Source: Gammaproteobacteria bacterium
GTDB taxonomy: Bacteria; Pseudomonadota; Gammaproteobacteria; JBCCGL01
Length of the DNA: 64,000 nt
Assembly (NCBI GenBank): GCA_965277715.1
Contig: OZ255836.1
Span: 2,432,001-2,496,000 of the forward strand
Direction: 5' to 3'
How positions within the stretch are numbered: the first letter of the stretch is position 1; every line of letters begins with the position of its first letter. The notes below the pieces were generated by a model, which did no database searches, was not told where the DNA came from, and worked only from the letters and a program-made list of their open reading frames with translations. Shown here piece after piece: positions 10,405-19,631 of the stretch. The position numbers and the translations under genes were made by a program.

Positions 10405-11411
10405 GGGGTCAATCGTATTTAATATTTTTCAAACGGTTGCAAACCTGCTCAAACACGCCCTTCAAGCTGCCGTCTGACAGCCCACTCTTTACATAATCAA
10501 TTGCAGGAGAAAGGCTACTCAACCAGCGTTTTTAACGGCATATCCCCCAATTGCTGACAACAATATATCGCTACTTTACGAGGCAGATTCGCCCGTTGTC
10601 TCCCCCGCTGTCGCGTAAGTACATCACTCGCGTTAACGCCAAACACCGCTGCCACTGCATCGACTATAGCTGCACCGTTTGGCTTGCCCGTCACAATACG
10701 GGACAAGTCCCCCGATATGTGCATCGACTCCCGGTTTTCGGCAATATACGTCTTGAAGGATTTGTCACCCAGTATCGTCGTCACATTGCCTTTGTTATAA
10801 AAACGGCTAATGTCCTCATCAATACCTTGACCAACATATGTCTTATAAGCAACGTAACGTTGTTTAGCGCCGAGTGCACTATAGGTTGCCTCTCGATACA
10901 ACCATTCCGGTGCTTTGGCTTGGTTGATGTAAGCGTGGTAACTCGACCAGGAATAGCTATCGAGCTTATCCGCTGTTACACCCTTTACTTCTATTGGGTT
11001 ACGATGAATGTAACGGCTTAAGGGTAATAAATAGTCGTCTGCATCCACAATAATCGCTTTATAACGACCGCGAAAAAGAGGCCCATCCGTGCGTCTAAGC
11101 CGGTTGTAGCGTTGTGTGTAGATACCATTGATATGCCGCATGATGCGATCCAGGTTAGCACGAGGGGTTTCGATCAATAGATGATAATGATTACCCATCA
11201 AACAGTAAGCGTGGATGCAGGCATCAAAGCGTTTATGTGCTTCATTGAGCGTTTGTAGAAATGCCTGGTAGTAAACTTCGCCATGAAAGATGGTCTGTCT
11301 GGCTTTGCCACGATTCATAACGTGGTAGTAGGCATTTTCGTATTGTATTCGAGTAGGTCTAGGCATCGTTTAAATTTATACTATTTTGAAAATATTAAAT
11401 AGGATTGACCC
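10405..11411 (-). mobile_element. TIR-flanked Y1/HUH (RAYT-related) transposase element, copy 1
   Basis: GGGGTCAATCGTATTTAATATTTTTCAAA at 10405 and inverted TTTGAAAATATTAAATAGGATTGACCC ending at 11411 enclose the gene. Confidence 0.85.
10515..11366 (-). CDS. Y1 HUH transposase (REP-associated type) with C-terminal HTH, C-terminally truncated
   Basis: MPRPTRI...YHVMNRG; YCLMGNHYHLL (HUH); GPLFRGRY; YIHRNP (catalytic Tyr); WSSY. A ~23-bp deletion versus copies 2 and 3 gives an early stop. Confidence 0.9.
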   Translation of the reverse strand: MPRPTRIQYENAYYHVMNRGKARQTIFHGEVYYQAFLQTLNEAHKRFDACIHAYCLMGNHYHLLIETPRANLDRIMRHINGIYTQRYNRLRRTDGPLFRGRYKAIIVDADDYLLPLSRYIHRNPIEVKGVTADKLDSYSWSSYHAYINQAKAPEWLYREATYSALGAKQRYVAYKTYVGQGIDEDISRFYNKGNVTTILGDKSFKTYIAENRESMHISGDLSRIVTGKPNGAAIVDAVAAVFGVNASDVLTRQRGRQRANLPRKVAIYCCQQLGDMPLKTLVE

Positions 11412-11606
11412 GAATGGCACTTCCTTAAGGCGTAAGCAACTGATAGTAAAGAGTTTATTTATTCTTTCTAAGAAACAAAAATGATATTTTGAAAGTTGCC
11501 GCCAATGATAACCGGGATAGTTTTACAAATATTGCTTTCAAAAACCATATGCCAAGTTATCTTAACCAAACACGTAATACCAATACTTTCAAATACTTAC
11601 AGCTTA
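11412..11606. mobile_element. IS4-type MITE (right TIR lost)
   Basis: Starts GAATGGCACTTCCTTAAG; body nearly identical to 16229-16436 and 25125-25333. Confidence 0.85.
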
Positions 11607-11617
11607 CGAAAAAGGGG

Positions 11618-12493
11618 TCAATCGTATTTAATATTTTTCAAACGGTTGCAAACCTGCTCAAACACGCCCTTCAAGCTGCCGTCTGACAGCCCACTCTTTA
11701 CATAATCAATTGCAGGAGAAAGGCTACTAACACGACTATATCCAAACATATCAACCAGCGTTTTTAACGGCATATCTCCCAATTGCTGACAACAATATAT
11801 CGCTACTTTACGAGGCAGATTCACCCGTTGTCTCCCCCGCTGTCGCGTAAGTACATCACTCGCGTTAACGCCAAACACCGCTGCCACTGCATCGACTATA
11901 GCTGCACCGTTTGGCTTGTCCGTCACAATAAGGGACAAGTCCCCCGATATGTGCATCGACTCCCGGTTTTCGGCAATATACGTCTTGAAAGATTCGTCAC
12001 CCAGTATCGTCGTCACATTGCCTTTGTTATAAAAACGGCTAATGTCCTCATCAATACCTTGACCAACATATGTCTTATAAGCAACGTAACGTTGTTTAGC
12101 GCCGAGTGCACTATAGGTTGCCTCTCGATACAACCATTCCGGTGCTTTGGCTTGGTTGATGTAAGCGTGGTAACTCGACCAGGAATAGCTATCGAGCTTA
12201 TCCGCTGTTACACTCTTTGACTTCTATTGGGTTACGATGAATGTAACGACTTAAGGGTAATAAGTAGTCGTCTGCATCCACAATAATCGCTTTATAACGA
12301 CCGCGAAAAAGAGGCCCATCCGTGCGTCTAAGCCGGTTGTAGCGTTGTGTGTAGATACCATTGATATGCCGCATGATGCGATCCAGATTAGCACGAGGGG
12401 TTTCGATCAATAGATGATAATGATTACCCATCAAACAGTAAGCGTGGATGCAGGCATCAAAGCGTTTATGTGCTTCATTGAGCGTTTGTAGAA
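11618..12493 (-). pseudogene. Y1 HUH transposase copy 2 (5'-deleted, frameshifted near 12215)
   Basis: Near-identical to copy 1, split over two frames; stop TGA overlaps the TGACCCC TIR; homology ends at 12493. Confidence 0.9.
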
Positions 12494-12555
12494 CTGAACG
12501 CTAAAAATTGAATGAACGATTAAAAAATTGTTGAATTTAACTGCGGGTCCATATA
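12494..12555 (+). mobile_element. Isolated right end of the IS1111/IS110 element
   Basis: CTGAACGCTAAAAA...TTGTTGAATTTAACTGCGGGTCCATATA matches 21779-21840 and again abuts TGACCCC. Confidence 0.8.
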
Positions 12556-12615
12556 TGACCCCTTTGACCTTTCCCCTTTGACCTTTTTTTGTGTTCTGGC
12601 ATTGCCAATGGAGTG

Positions 12616-13020
12616 CTATTTGAATTGTTTTTTTAAATCAGAAAAAAATGCCAACGCAATTATCGCCCCATCGCTCATTAAGAAAATAGTTTTTGTGATT
12701 CGCTCTATCGGCGCAGATATCTCAATACCACTAAATGGCGCCAAGAAAATCAAGATAGAAATATCAATAAAAAGTAATAGCCATATCGCCCAACGGTTCA
12801 AAGATACAAGCCCTGTATAACAAATAAAACTTACGGCCAAAACTGCCCAAAATAGATATTCTGCTCCAGGAACTATCGAGCCGTATCCATCAATACGCAG
12901 AAGACTCTGGGTATTTTCATCAAAACTCTCCCAATAGACATCTCTGAAGAATGTCCACACCATGTTCGCGCTAAATGAGGTCAGCACTAAACATCGAAAG
13001 ACGGTTCTTGTTTCAACCAT
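12616..13020 (-). CDS. Putative membrane immunity protein (orphan cassette 1)
   Basis: Directly downstream of an Rhs-CT; several hydrophobic segments; AT-rich. Confidence 0.7.
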   Translation of the reverse strand: MVETRTVFRCLVLTSFSANMVWTFFRDVYWESFDENTQSLLRIDGYGSIVPGAEYLFWAVLAVSFICYTGLVSLNRWAIWLLLFIDISILIFLAPFSGIEISAPIERITKTIFLMSDGAIIALAFFSDLKKQFK

Positions 13021-13037
13021 GACTAATCAACTTTCGG

Positions 13038-13868
13038 TTACTTGCAGGAACACAGACTAGGCCCTCCAGAAGAATTACCACCATAATACGGATCATTTCC
13101 CTGACAAAATGAGCCGGGGACAGGCTGAGACGGAGGCGGCTGAACTGGGCATGAGCAACTAGGTTGTTTTCTGCGCGATGGCGGCCGCTTCGAATGTGGT
13201 ACCCTTGGATCATTCAAATTCTCAAGCAGTTCATGAAGAGGCCTGTTAAATCCAGGCGTCCGATATATCTCTCCATCAGGGTCGAAATAGATAAGCGGGT
13301 TCGCAAGCACATACAAAAACAAATTAGCATCTCCTGCTTTAAAGTTCTGTATACCAAATTGTTCTATAACTCCGTGAATACCTAACGGATCAACTGATAT
13401 ATATCGCCCAATGCTTGGATCGTAATACCGGAAGTAGTTGTAATGCAGTTGTGATTCACTGTCGTAATACTGCCCAACAAACCGCAAATTCACAACAACA
13501 TCTTTACCGTTGCCATCTGGATCACTTTTACTCAGCGTATCACCAAATGCTTCACCCTCCCAACGCCATACAATATTCCCACCTGAATCCATCGCAAAAC
13601 GGGGCGTCATCAGGTGATCAGTGTGAAGGTAGTAGATTGTATCGCTATCTGCAATAGCATCATATTCAATTTGTGCTATAGGCGCATAATCCAGTCAGAT
13701 ATAATCCTTTATAGGTTCTCCTCGCTCATTCGTTTCACTTATCAGCATTCCCTGAAAATCATAATATTAGACGGTGGTGCTAATAGTATTATCCGTATTA
13801 ACCACCACTTTACGCGTGCGCTGCCCCATCGCGTTATGGATGTAAGTCGCCTTTAGTGCGCCTTCGAT
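13038..13868 (-). pseudogene. Orphan Rhs core remnant + C-terminal toxin (cassette 1)
   Basis: Core copy of 26484-26080 with two nonsense changes (near 13696 and 13769); NLRFVGQY, RYYDP, DPLG...DPDG; distinct Pro/Cys-rich CT (open 13038-13610). Confidence 0.88.
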
Positions 13869-13985
13869 TCAGATCAAAAAAACAATAGCTTGTTATTACC
13901 ATTCTATAAGCCAATAAAAAAGCCTCCGGTATACGAGGCTTTAACAAAAAATACTTTGTTTATACTAAATAACTAGCCTGACCCC
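13869..13985 (-). repeat. Conserved leader of orphan cassettes 1 and 2 (copy at 16113-16228)
   Basis: Identical ~117 bp running from GGGGTCAGGCTAG to the same Rhs junction (ATCGAAGGCGCACTA). Confidence 0.9.
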
Positions 13986-13997
13986 TTTTCTTAGAGA

Positions 13998-14065
13998 GCT
14001 TAAGGAAGTGCCATTCGGGTCAGGTGTTGAATTGCTAGTTTTAATGGTTCCTCCCCGGTTTGTGG
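13998..14065. repeat. Stubs of a MITE right end and an ISL3 end
   Basis: GCTTAAGGAAGTGCCATTC-GGGTCA (13998-14022); GGTTCCTCCCCGGTTTGTG at 14046 resembles the ISL3 end at 10394. Confidence 0.7.
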
Positions 14066-14085
14066 GGAAAAAAGGGGTCAAGGCA

Positions 14086-14293
14086 GAATGGCACTTCCTT
14101 AAGCTGTAAGTATTTGAAAGTATTGGTATTACGTACTTGGTTCAGATAACTTAGCATATGGTTCTTGAAAGCAATATTTGTAAAACTATCCCGGTTATCA
14201 TTGGCGGCAACTTTCAAAATATCATTTTTTTTCTTAGAAAGAATAAATAAACTCTTTACTATCAGTTGCTTACGTCTTAAGGAAGTGCCATTC
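14086..14293 (-). mobile_element. IS4-type MITE (inverted copy)
   Basis: 18-bp TIRs GAATGGCACTTCCTTAAG / CTTAAGGAAGTGCCATTC; flanked by GGGGTCA (14074) and TGACCCC (14299). Confidence 0.9.
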
Positions 14294-14327
14294 TAGCCTG
14301 ACCCCTTTTTCTTTGTTTTCATTTTTC

Positions 14328-15104
14328 TCACGTGAGTATAACATCAACAGCTTTACCTCCTTCTAATTCAATTTGATCAAAACTAGCTAAGCATTTTTTT
14401 AGTTTTTTTTGCAAATGGGGTTTCAAATAAGGATAGACATTTTTTTCAGGTATGCGTTTTAGTCGCAGAAAAATGCATAGAGAGTATGCAAATTCGATTT
14501 CACTCAAGTAACCAATACATTGAGATTGCCAACCTATAGATTCAATATCTGAATCTTGGCTAAAAGTAAATGCAGAGTTTAATGAAAAAACCCCAAAACC
14601 TATAAAAACATCGATCATATCTATTGCAAACTCCCAATTTTCTTCTCCCCCAGGCGGATAACTATTTATTGTAGAACTTAAACAACAAGCTAGCTGGTGA
14701 GAAAGTATGGCTATAAGTTTCATAGGGCTATGCAACAAAGAAGGGGCATATGAAATTATAGTTTTATGATTATCTTCATATATATCGCCCAATGGATATC
14801 TGGGGCTATTTGATATAAGAATACCTGGAGAAACACAATCATCTGGCTCAGAATTTTGCTCACGTAACTCAAAATCCCACTCTTCCATCCCAGCGTGTTT
14901 TTTCACAAATGAAAAAATTTGTTCCGGAAAGTCCTCCGATTCATTTACTAAAATAGGAAAAAAATCATCTGTTGGCAAGATTAATTCTGTCTTCTCTAAA
15001 AAATAATCTTTTCCTAATTCAGATAGAAGCCACTTATAAGTTTCTATTTGAAAATAAATATCTTCATCTGAAAGAATTTTATTCTCTTTAAATAAACTAA
15101 ACAT
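14328..15104 (-). CDS. Hypothetical 258-aa protein in the immunity position (cassette 2)
   Basis: Long AT-rich ORF; LIAILSHQLA resembles a degenerate HExxH; D..VF.GFG.F..N and GYLSE motifs. Confidence 0.7.
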   Translation of the reverse strand: MFSLFKENKILSDEDIYFQIETYKWLLSELGKDYFLEKTELILPTDDFFPILVNESEDFPEQIFSFVKKHAGMEEWDFELREQNSEPDDCVSPGILISNSPRYPLGDIYEDNHKTIISYAPSLLHSPMKLIAILSHQLACCLSSTINSYPPGGEENWEFAIDMIDVFIGFGVFSLNSAFTFSQDSDIESIGWQSQCIGYLSEIEFAYSLCIFLRLKRIPEKNVYPYLKPHLQKKLKKCLASFDQIELEGGKAVDVILT

Positions 15105-15209
15105 TACTAATACTACTCTTAATATTTAACTAACGTTATTAAATCAACCCAAGCTTTCTGCCTATTAATTTCTAAGAGATTAAAAACGCTTACAACGACC
15201 TAAAACCAT

Positions 15210-16073
15210 TTAAGAACAATACCCAGTCTCATCGGCGGGGAATCTAGGTGGCCAGGTCTGAGGTGGCCAGGTGTTCTTTGGATCTGGAAACTCTGGTAAT
15301 TTTGGCCATACTTGATCTGGGTCTGGAAGGTTTTGCCGAGTTCGCTCTCTATACTCACCTTCTCTCACTTTTTGCTCCTGCTCTCGCTGAGCTTTTCGAG
15401 CTTCTCTATTAGATGGTGTACGTACTGGTATATTCCGCAGAGAAGTATAATTCTCTCCCATACTTGGATAAAATCTGCCACGATGCCAAGTACCAGAACG
15501 CCCTCCATAGGAACCAGATGTCCGAGGATTGCTTGTGGTTCTTCCTCTCGACAAACCATAATAGTCACTCCAGTAAAGTGGATTTCCCTCAACATACCCG
15601 TAAGTATTAATCCCACCATATAGTCCAATCGGATCGTGGGTTATATACCTTCCAGTAGTAGGGTCATAGTATCGGAAGTAGTTATAGTGAAGTTGTGATT
15701 CACTGTCATAATACTGCCCAGCAAACCGCAAATTCACAACAACATCTTTACCGTTGCCATCTGGATCACTTTTACTCAGCGTATCACCAAATGCTTCACC
15801 CTCCCAACGCCATACAATATTCCCACCTGAATCCGTCGCAAAACGGGGCGTCATCAGGTGATCGGTGTGAAGATAGTAGATTGTATCGCTATCTGCAATA
15901 GCATCATATTCAATTTGTGCTATAGGCGCATAATCCAGCCAGATATAATCCTTTATAGGTTCTCCTCGCTCATTCGTTTCACTTATCAGCATTCCCTGAA
16001 AATCATAATGGTAGACGGTGGTGCTAATAGTATTATCCGTATTAACCACCACTTTACGCGTGCGCTGCCCCAT
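15210..16073 (-). CDS. Orphan Rhs core + C-terminal toxin (cassette 2)
   Basis: HTDHL.TP, NLRFAGQY, RYYDP, DPIG...NP...DYYGL, then a unique Arg/Pro-rich CT. Confidence 0.88.
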   Translation of the reverse strand: MGQRTRKVVVNTDNTISTTVYHYDFQGMLISETNERGEPIKDYIWLDYAPIAQIEYDAIADSDTIYYLHTDHLMTPRFATDSGGNIVWRWEGEAFGDTLSKSDPDGNGKDVVVNLRFAGQYYDSESQLHYNYFRYYDPTTGRYITHDPIGLYGGINTYGYVEGNPLYWSDYYGLSRGRTTSNPRTSGSYGGRSGTWHRGRFYPSMGENYTSLRNIPVRTPSNREARKAQREQEQKVREGEYRERTRQNLPDPDQVWPKLPEFPDPKNTWPPQTWPPRFPADETGYCS

Positions 16074-16228
16074 CGCGTTATGGATGTAAGTCGCCTTTAG
16101 TGCGCCTTCGATTCAGATCAAAAAAACAATAGCTTGTTATTACCATTCTATAAGCCAATAAAAAAGCCTCCGGTATACGAGGCTTTAACAAAAAATACTT
16201 TGTTTATACTAAATAACTAGCCTGACCC

Positions 16229-16436
16229 GAATGGCACTTCCTTAAGACGTAAGCAACTGATAGTAAAGAGTTTATTTATTCTTTCTAAGAAAAAAAATGA
16301 TATTTTGAAAGTTGCCGCCAATGATAACCGGGATAGTTTTACAAATATTGCTTTCAAGAACCATATGCCAAGTTATCTGAACCAAGCACGTAATACCAAT
16401 ACTTTCAAATACTTACAGCTTAAGGAAGTGCCATTC
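16229..16436 (+). mobile_element. IS4-type MITE, complete, with 11-bp target duplication
   Basis: Perfect 18-bp TIRs; TAGCCTGACCC duplicated at 16218-16228 and 16437-16447. Confidence 0.93.
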
Positions 16437-16562
16437 TAGCCTGACCCCTTTTATTCTTAAAAAAAAGCCAAGAGATTCACGCCCGAAATCAGACGAAGCA
16501 TGGACTCGCGAACTGTCTGACTTCTTATTGGGTGTGAATAAACTTATCGAACAGGATGATTT

Positions 16563-16868
16563 TTAATCTTCAAATGGGGTGAGAATACTCTCAGCTTCAC
16601 TTTGCCTTAGAAAGCGCGTAAATAATTCCACCCCATCTTCGATGCTATCTTCGATAGGAAATACACGTTCGACCTGATGAAATTTCCACGCAACTTTAAC
16701 TGAATCTGAAGTAGTAAATTCAGATTCGTGTTTCCCAGCAACTTTTTTTGCTTTTTCTTCGGCTTCAGCTTCATCAAGGGCTGAAACCAATAAAATGCGT
16801 TCTTCCCATAGCGGCGGCTCTGAATCACTTCGTTTGCTTTTATACATAAGGCTAACTGAGTAATACAT
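16563..16868 (-). CDS. DUF4288-like immunity protein (cassette 3)
   Basis: Y.VSL.Y...LWEERILLVSA....EA.EKA...V.WKF..V..VF.I...DG.ELF.RFL pattern; 8 bp after the toxin stop. Confidence 0.7.
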   Translation of the reverse strand: MYYSVSLMYKSKRSDSEPPLWEERILLVSALDEAEAEEKAKKVAGKHESEFTTSDSVKVAWKFHQVERVFPIEDSIEDGVELFTRFLRQSEAESILTPFED

Positions 16869-16876
16869 ATTAAGTC

Positions 16877-17761
16877 CTATTTTTGGAATCGTTTATCGTT
16901 CAATAATTTCCATGCCTTTTTGTATTCCTTGCTGTTACCCCGTCTTATTTCTTCAAGTGTTTTGCCTCTAAGGTTTTCGGGGAATTCGCGATTGATACTG
17001 CCCTTACAGTTTTTTCCAATCCAGTCATCAGCTTTGCTACCAAACTTATCAAGTGCATCTTGTGCAGCTTTTCTCAGTTTCGGATCAGACAGCGCGTCCA
17101 TTATGTTTCTTATCTGACGGGTATTACCACGCGCTATAGCTTGCATCAATGCTGCACGAAGTGAATCAAGACCGGTTGGGTCAATAAAGTTAACGGGATT
17201 CTGTTCAGCATAGCCATACAAATGGTTTAGCGAACCATACAGCCCTTCCGGCGAGATAAGCCCCATTTGGACAGCGATTTGCAACTGTGGGTCACTGTAG
17301 TCGCGTAGGATACCAATTGGGTCAGCAGTTAAATACCTTCCGAGACTGGGGTCATAGTATCGGAAGTAGTTATAGTGAAGTTGTGATTCACTGTCATAAT
17401 ACTGCCCAGCAAACCGCAAATTCACAACAACATCTTTACCGTTGCCATCTGGATCACTTTTACTCAGCGTATCACCAAATGCTTCACCCTCCCAACGCCA
17501 TACAATATTCCCACCTGAATCCGTCGCAAAACGGGGCGTCATCAGGTGATCAGTGTGAAGGTAGTAGATTGTATCGCTATCTGCAATAGCATCATATTCA
17601 ATTTGTGCTATAGGCGCATAATCCAGCCAGATATAATCCTTTATAGGTTCTCCTCGCTCATTCGTTTCACTTATCAGCACTCCCTGAAAATCATAATGGT
17701 AGACGGTGGTGCTAATAGTATTATCCGTATTAACCACCACTTTACGCATGCGCTGCCCCAT
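16877..17761 (-). CDS. Orphan Rhs core + C-terminal toxin (cassette 3)
   Basis: Rhs homology begins at 17768; DPIG...NP...DPTGL; CT ends CKGSINREFP..L..KTLEEI...AWKLLND.RF.K. ATG 17761 chosen because upstream sequence is palindromic non-Rhs DNA. Confidence 0.88.
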   Translation of the reverse strand: MGQRMRKVVVNTDNTISTTVYHYDFQGVLISETNERGEPIKDYIWLDYAPIAQIEYDAIADSDTIYYLHTDHLMTPRFATDSGGNIVWRWEGEAFGDTLSKSDPDGNGKDVVVNLRFAGQYYDSESQLHYNYFRYYDPSLGRYLTADPIGILRDYSDPQLQIAVQMGLISPEGLYGSLNHLYGYAEQNPVNFIDPTGLDSLRAALMQAIARGNTRQIRNIMDALSDPKLRKAAQDALDKFGSKADDWIGKNCKGSINREFPENLRGKTLEEIRRGNSKEYKKAWKLLNDKRFQK

Positions 17762-18049
17762 CGCGTTACTGCGCACCTGTCCATGGCTTACGCCGCTATC
17801 GCGCTTCAGCCCTGGCCAGTTTGTTGGTCGCTCCTGCGCGTCCTGCGCTCGCGACATTAGTGCATCCCTGCACGTCGCCCACCCACCCGTGTCAGGAACA
17901 GGGTGGCTCCAGCCAGCCCAAAAAGCGTGCTGTCTTCCACTCCCCCTGTCCCTGGCACTCCCCATTTTTTAGTCGCTAATGTGGCTGGGGCTTCGATTAG
18001 CCAAGGTGGCGTCGGGTAGAGCGGCCTTCCTGTGTCTCCCTTTACCTTA

Positions 18050-18131
18050 GCACCGTGCTCGGGTCGTCAAGGCCAAACCCTACGGGTGCTCCGCTGTGCT
18101 GCGCAGCCTTGACAACCCTGCGCTCGATGCA
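18050..18131 (+). promoter_or_regulatory. Long imperfect hairpin containing TTGACA, Frpo/ssDNA-promoter-like
   Basis: GGGTCGTCAAGGC (18061) pairs with GCCTTGACAACCC (18106-18118); lies upstream of a strong RBS. Confidence 0.45.
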
Positions 18132-18181
18132 CGGAAAAGGCAGCCCCAGGAATCCCTCCGGGGCATTAGCAGGAGAAACAA

Positions 18182-18394
18182 ATGAAACATCATCTAATTC
18201 TTACACCGCCTCAAGCCTTTATAGATCGTTGTGAACAAGACGGGGTTAAACCCGAACGGGTATTGAAAGGGTTTATTGCCGATCTGTGTGAGTTGTATGA
18301 AGGGGATTATCTGAGCAATGGCAGTGATGAGCGAATGAAAGCAGAGGAGTACTACAACCGGGTAGGGTATCAGTACTGGAAGGAGTGCAAATAA
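18182..18394 (+). CDS. Conserved small hypothetical protein (plasmid/ICE-like)
   Basis: AGGAGA RBS; second, inverted copy at 23185-23365; followed by hairpin GCCGGGG-TTTAT-CCTCGGC. Confidence 0.75.
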   Translation: MKHHLILTPPQAFIDRCEQDGVKPERVLKGFIADLCELYEGDYLSNGSDERMKAEEYYNRVGYQYWKECK

Positions 18395-18619
18395 TCATCG
18401 TCCAAGGGCCGGGGTTTATCCTCGGCTCTTTCCCGGCGTTGGTATTGGGGACTGGCGGCTAAAGAAAAAAAGCACTTGCAAAGCGGATGAATTTAGTGGA
18501 AAAGGTGTGTCTAGGTAAAATTTTTAGAGGTATAGGGTTGTATCAGGGGAATTGTGCGTTAAGTGATTGTCCTTACTGGGAAAAACCGGCGGCGAACGAT
18601 GAGTGGGCATCGGAGCAAG

Positions 18620-19161
18620 TACTTGCTGGGCAGTATTTTGATCAAGAAACCAAACTGCACTATAACTACTTCCGGTATTACGATCCAAGTACAGGGCGAT
18701 ATGTAACTCATGATCCGATTGGGTTATACGGTGGATTTAATACTTATGGATATGCCTATCAAAATCCACTTTATTGGATAGATTTATTCGGCTTGGATGT
18801 TATTTGTGAAGATGGTGTAGTAAAGCCAACTGATCCAACTCTTCTTGATATTTTGAAAAAAATAGATGAAAAATACCCAAATAAAGATGTCAATGTTACA
18901 AGTGGCACTAGAACACCGGAGCATCAAGAACGGCTTAGGCCTGGTACTGGGTACGGTACTAACGGTACAAAAGTAAGTGATCATGTCAAAGATCGTGCTG
19001 CAGATGTTAAAGTTGATGGTGTTTCATCATCTGATGTTGCAGATCTTGCAAGGGAATTAGGAGCGTCTGGAACTATACCATATAAAAACCACACACATGT
19101 TGATACAAATCCTAATAGGCAATATCATCCTAGGCCATCAGCTTTGCCATCATCACAATGA
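18620..19161 (+). CDS. Orphan Rhs-CT with peptidase M15-like (D-Ala-D-Ala Zn peptidase fold) toxin (cassette 4, inverted)
   Basis: LAGQYFDQET...DPIG...DLFGL, then VTSGTRT, SDH...AAD and HTHVD motifs; 29 bp identical to the main rhs at 26068-26096; ORF open from 18487. Confidence 0.82.
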
Positions 19162-19604
19162 AATTAATTAAATTTTTATTTTTAATAATTAATTTATTTT
19201 CTTTCCATGCTAATGCTGATGAGGTGTTTCCTTTAGAGCTAGAGAAGGTTGATAGGCTTCAGTGGTATGGCAATATTTTTAAAATGGAGATGGGCCCATT
19301 GGATATGAGTAACAATATTCGCTATAGGATTTTATATATGAAGGAGGAAGCTTATCTTGTATATTTTGAAAAGCTATACGAGGATGATGAGGGTTTGATT
19401 CGACTTCGTGATAGTTATTTCGTTAATTTTTTTGATGTATTAAAGAATATAGATAGATCATACGATTTTGTAACCATAGATTTTTTTTATTGGATTTCAG
19501 AGTCAGTGATCAAAGTTAAGACTAATAAGGGGTTTTTTATTATTTATTCTGAAAATGATAAATGGTTCGTAACTGCTCACCCCCGAAATTCCCAGTTAGA
19601 ATAA
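19158..19604 (+). CDS. Putative periplasmic immunity protein (cassette 4)
   Basis: ATGA overlap with the toxin stop; signal peptide MKLIKFLFLIINLFSFHANA. Confidence 0.78.
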   Translation: MKLIKFLFLIINLFSFHANADEVFPLELEKVDRLQWYGNIFKMEMGPLDMSNNIRYRILYMKEEAYLVYFEKLYEDDEGLIRLRDSYFVNFFDVLKNIDRSYDFVTIDFFYWISESVIKVKTNKGFFIIYSENDKWFVTAHPRNSQLE

Positions 19605-19631
19605 TAAATACAAATGAAAGGGATCATATAT

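Noticed and set aside
11489-11705. Short ORFs across the MITE/Y1 junction
   Set aside because: They span a non-coding MITE and the antisense strand of the transposase
17348-17354. GGGGTCA inside rhs cores (also ~15661 and ~29225)
   Set aside because: Explained by coding sequence (Tyr-Asp-Pro codons TAT GAC CCC in the cores); absent from other core copies and lacks the TIR extension and A-rich flank
17762-17965. N-terminal 68 aa of the 362-aa ORF
   Set aside because: Read-through of palindromic non-rhs DNA; rhs homology starts only at 17768
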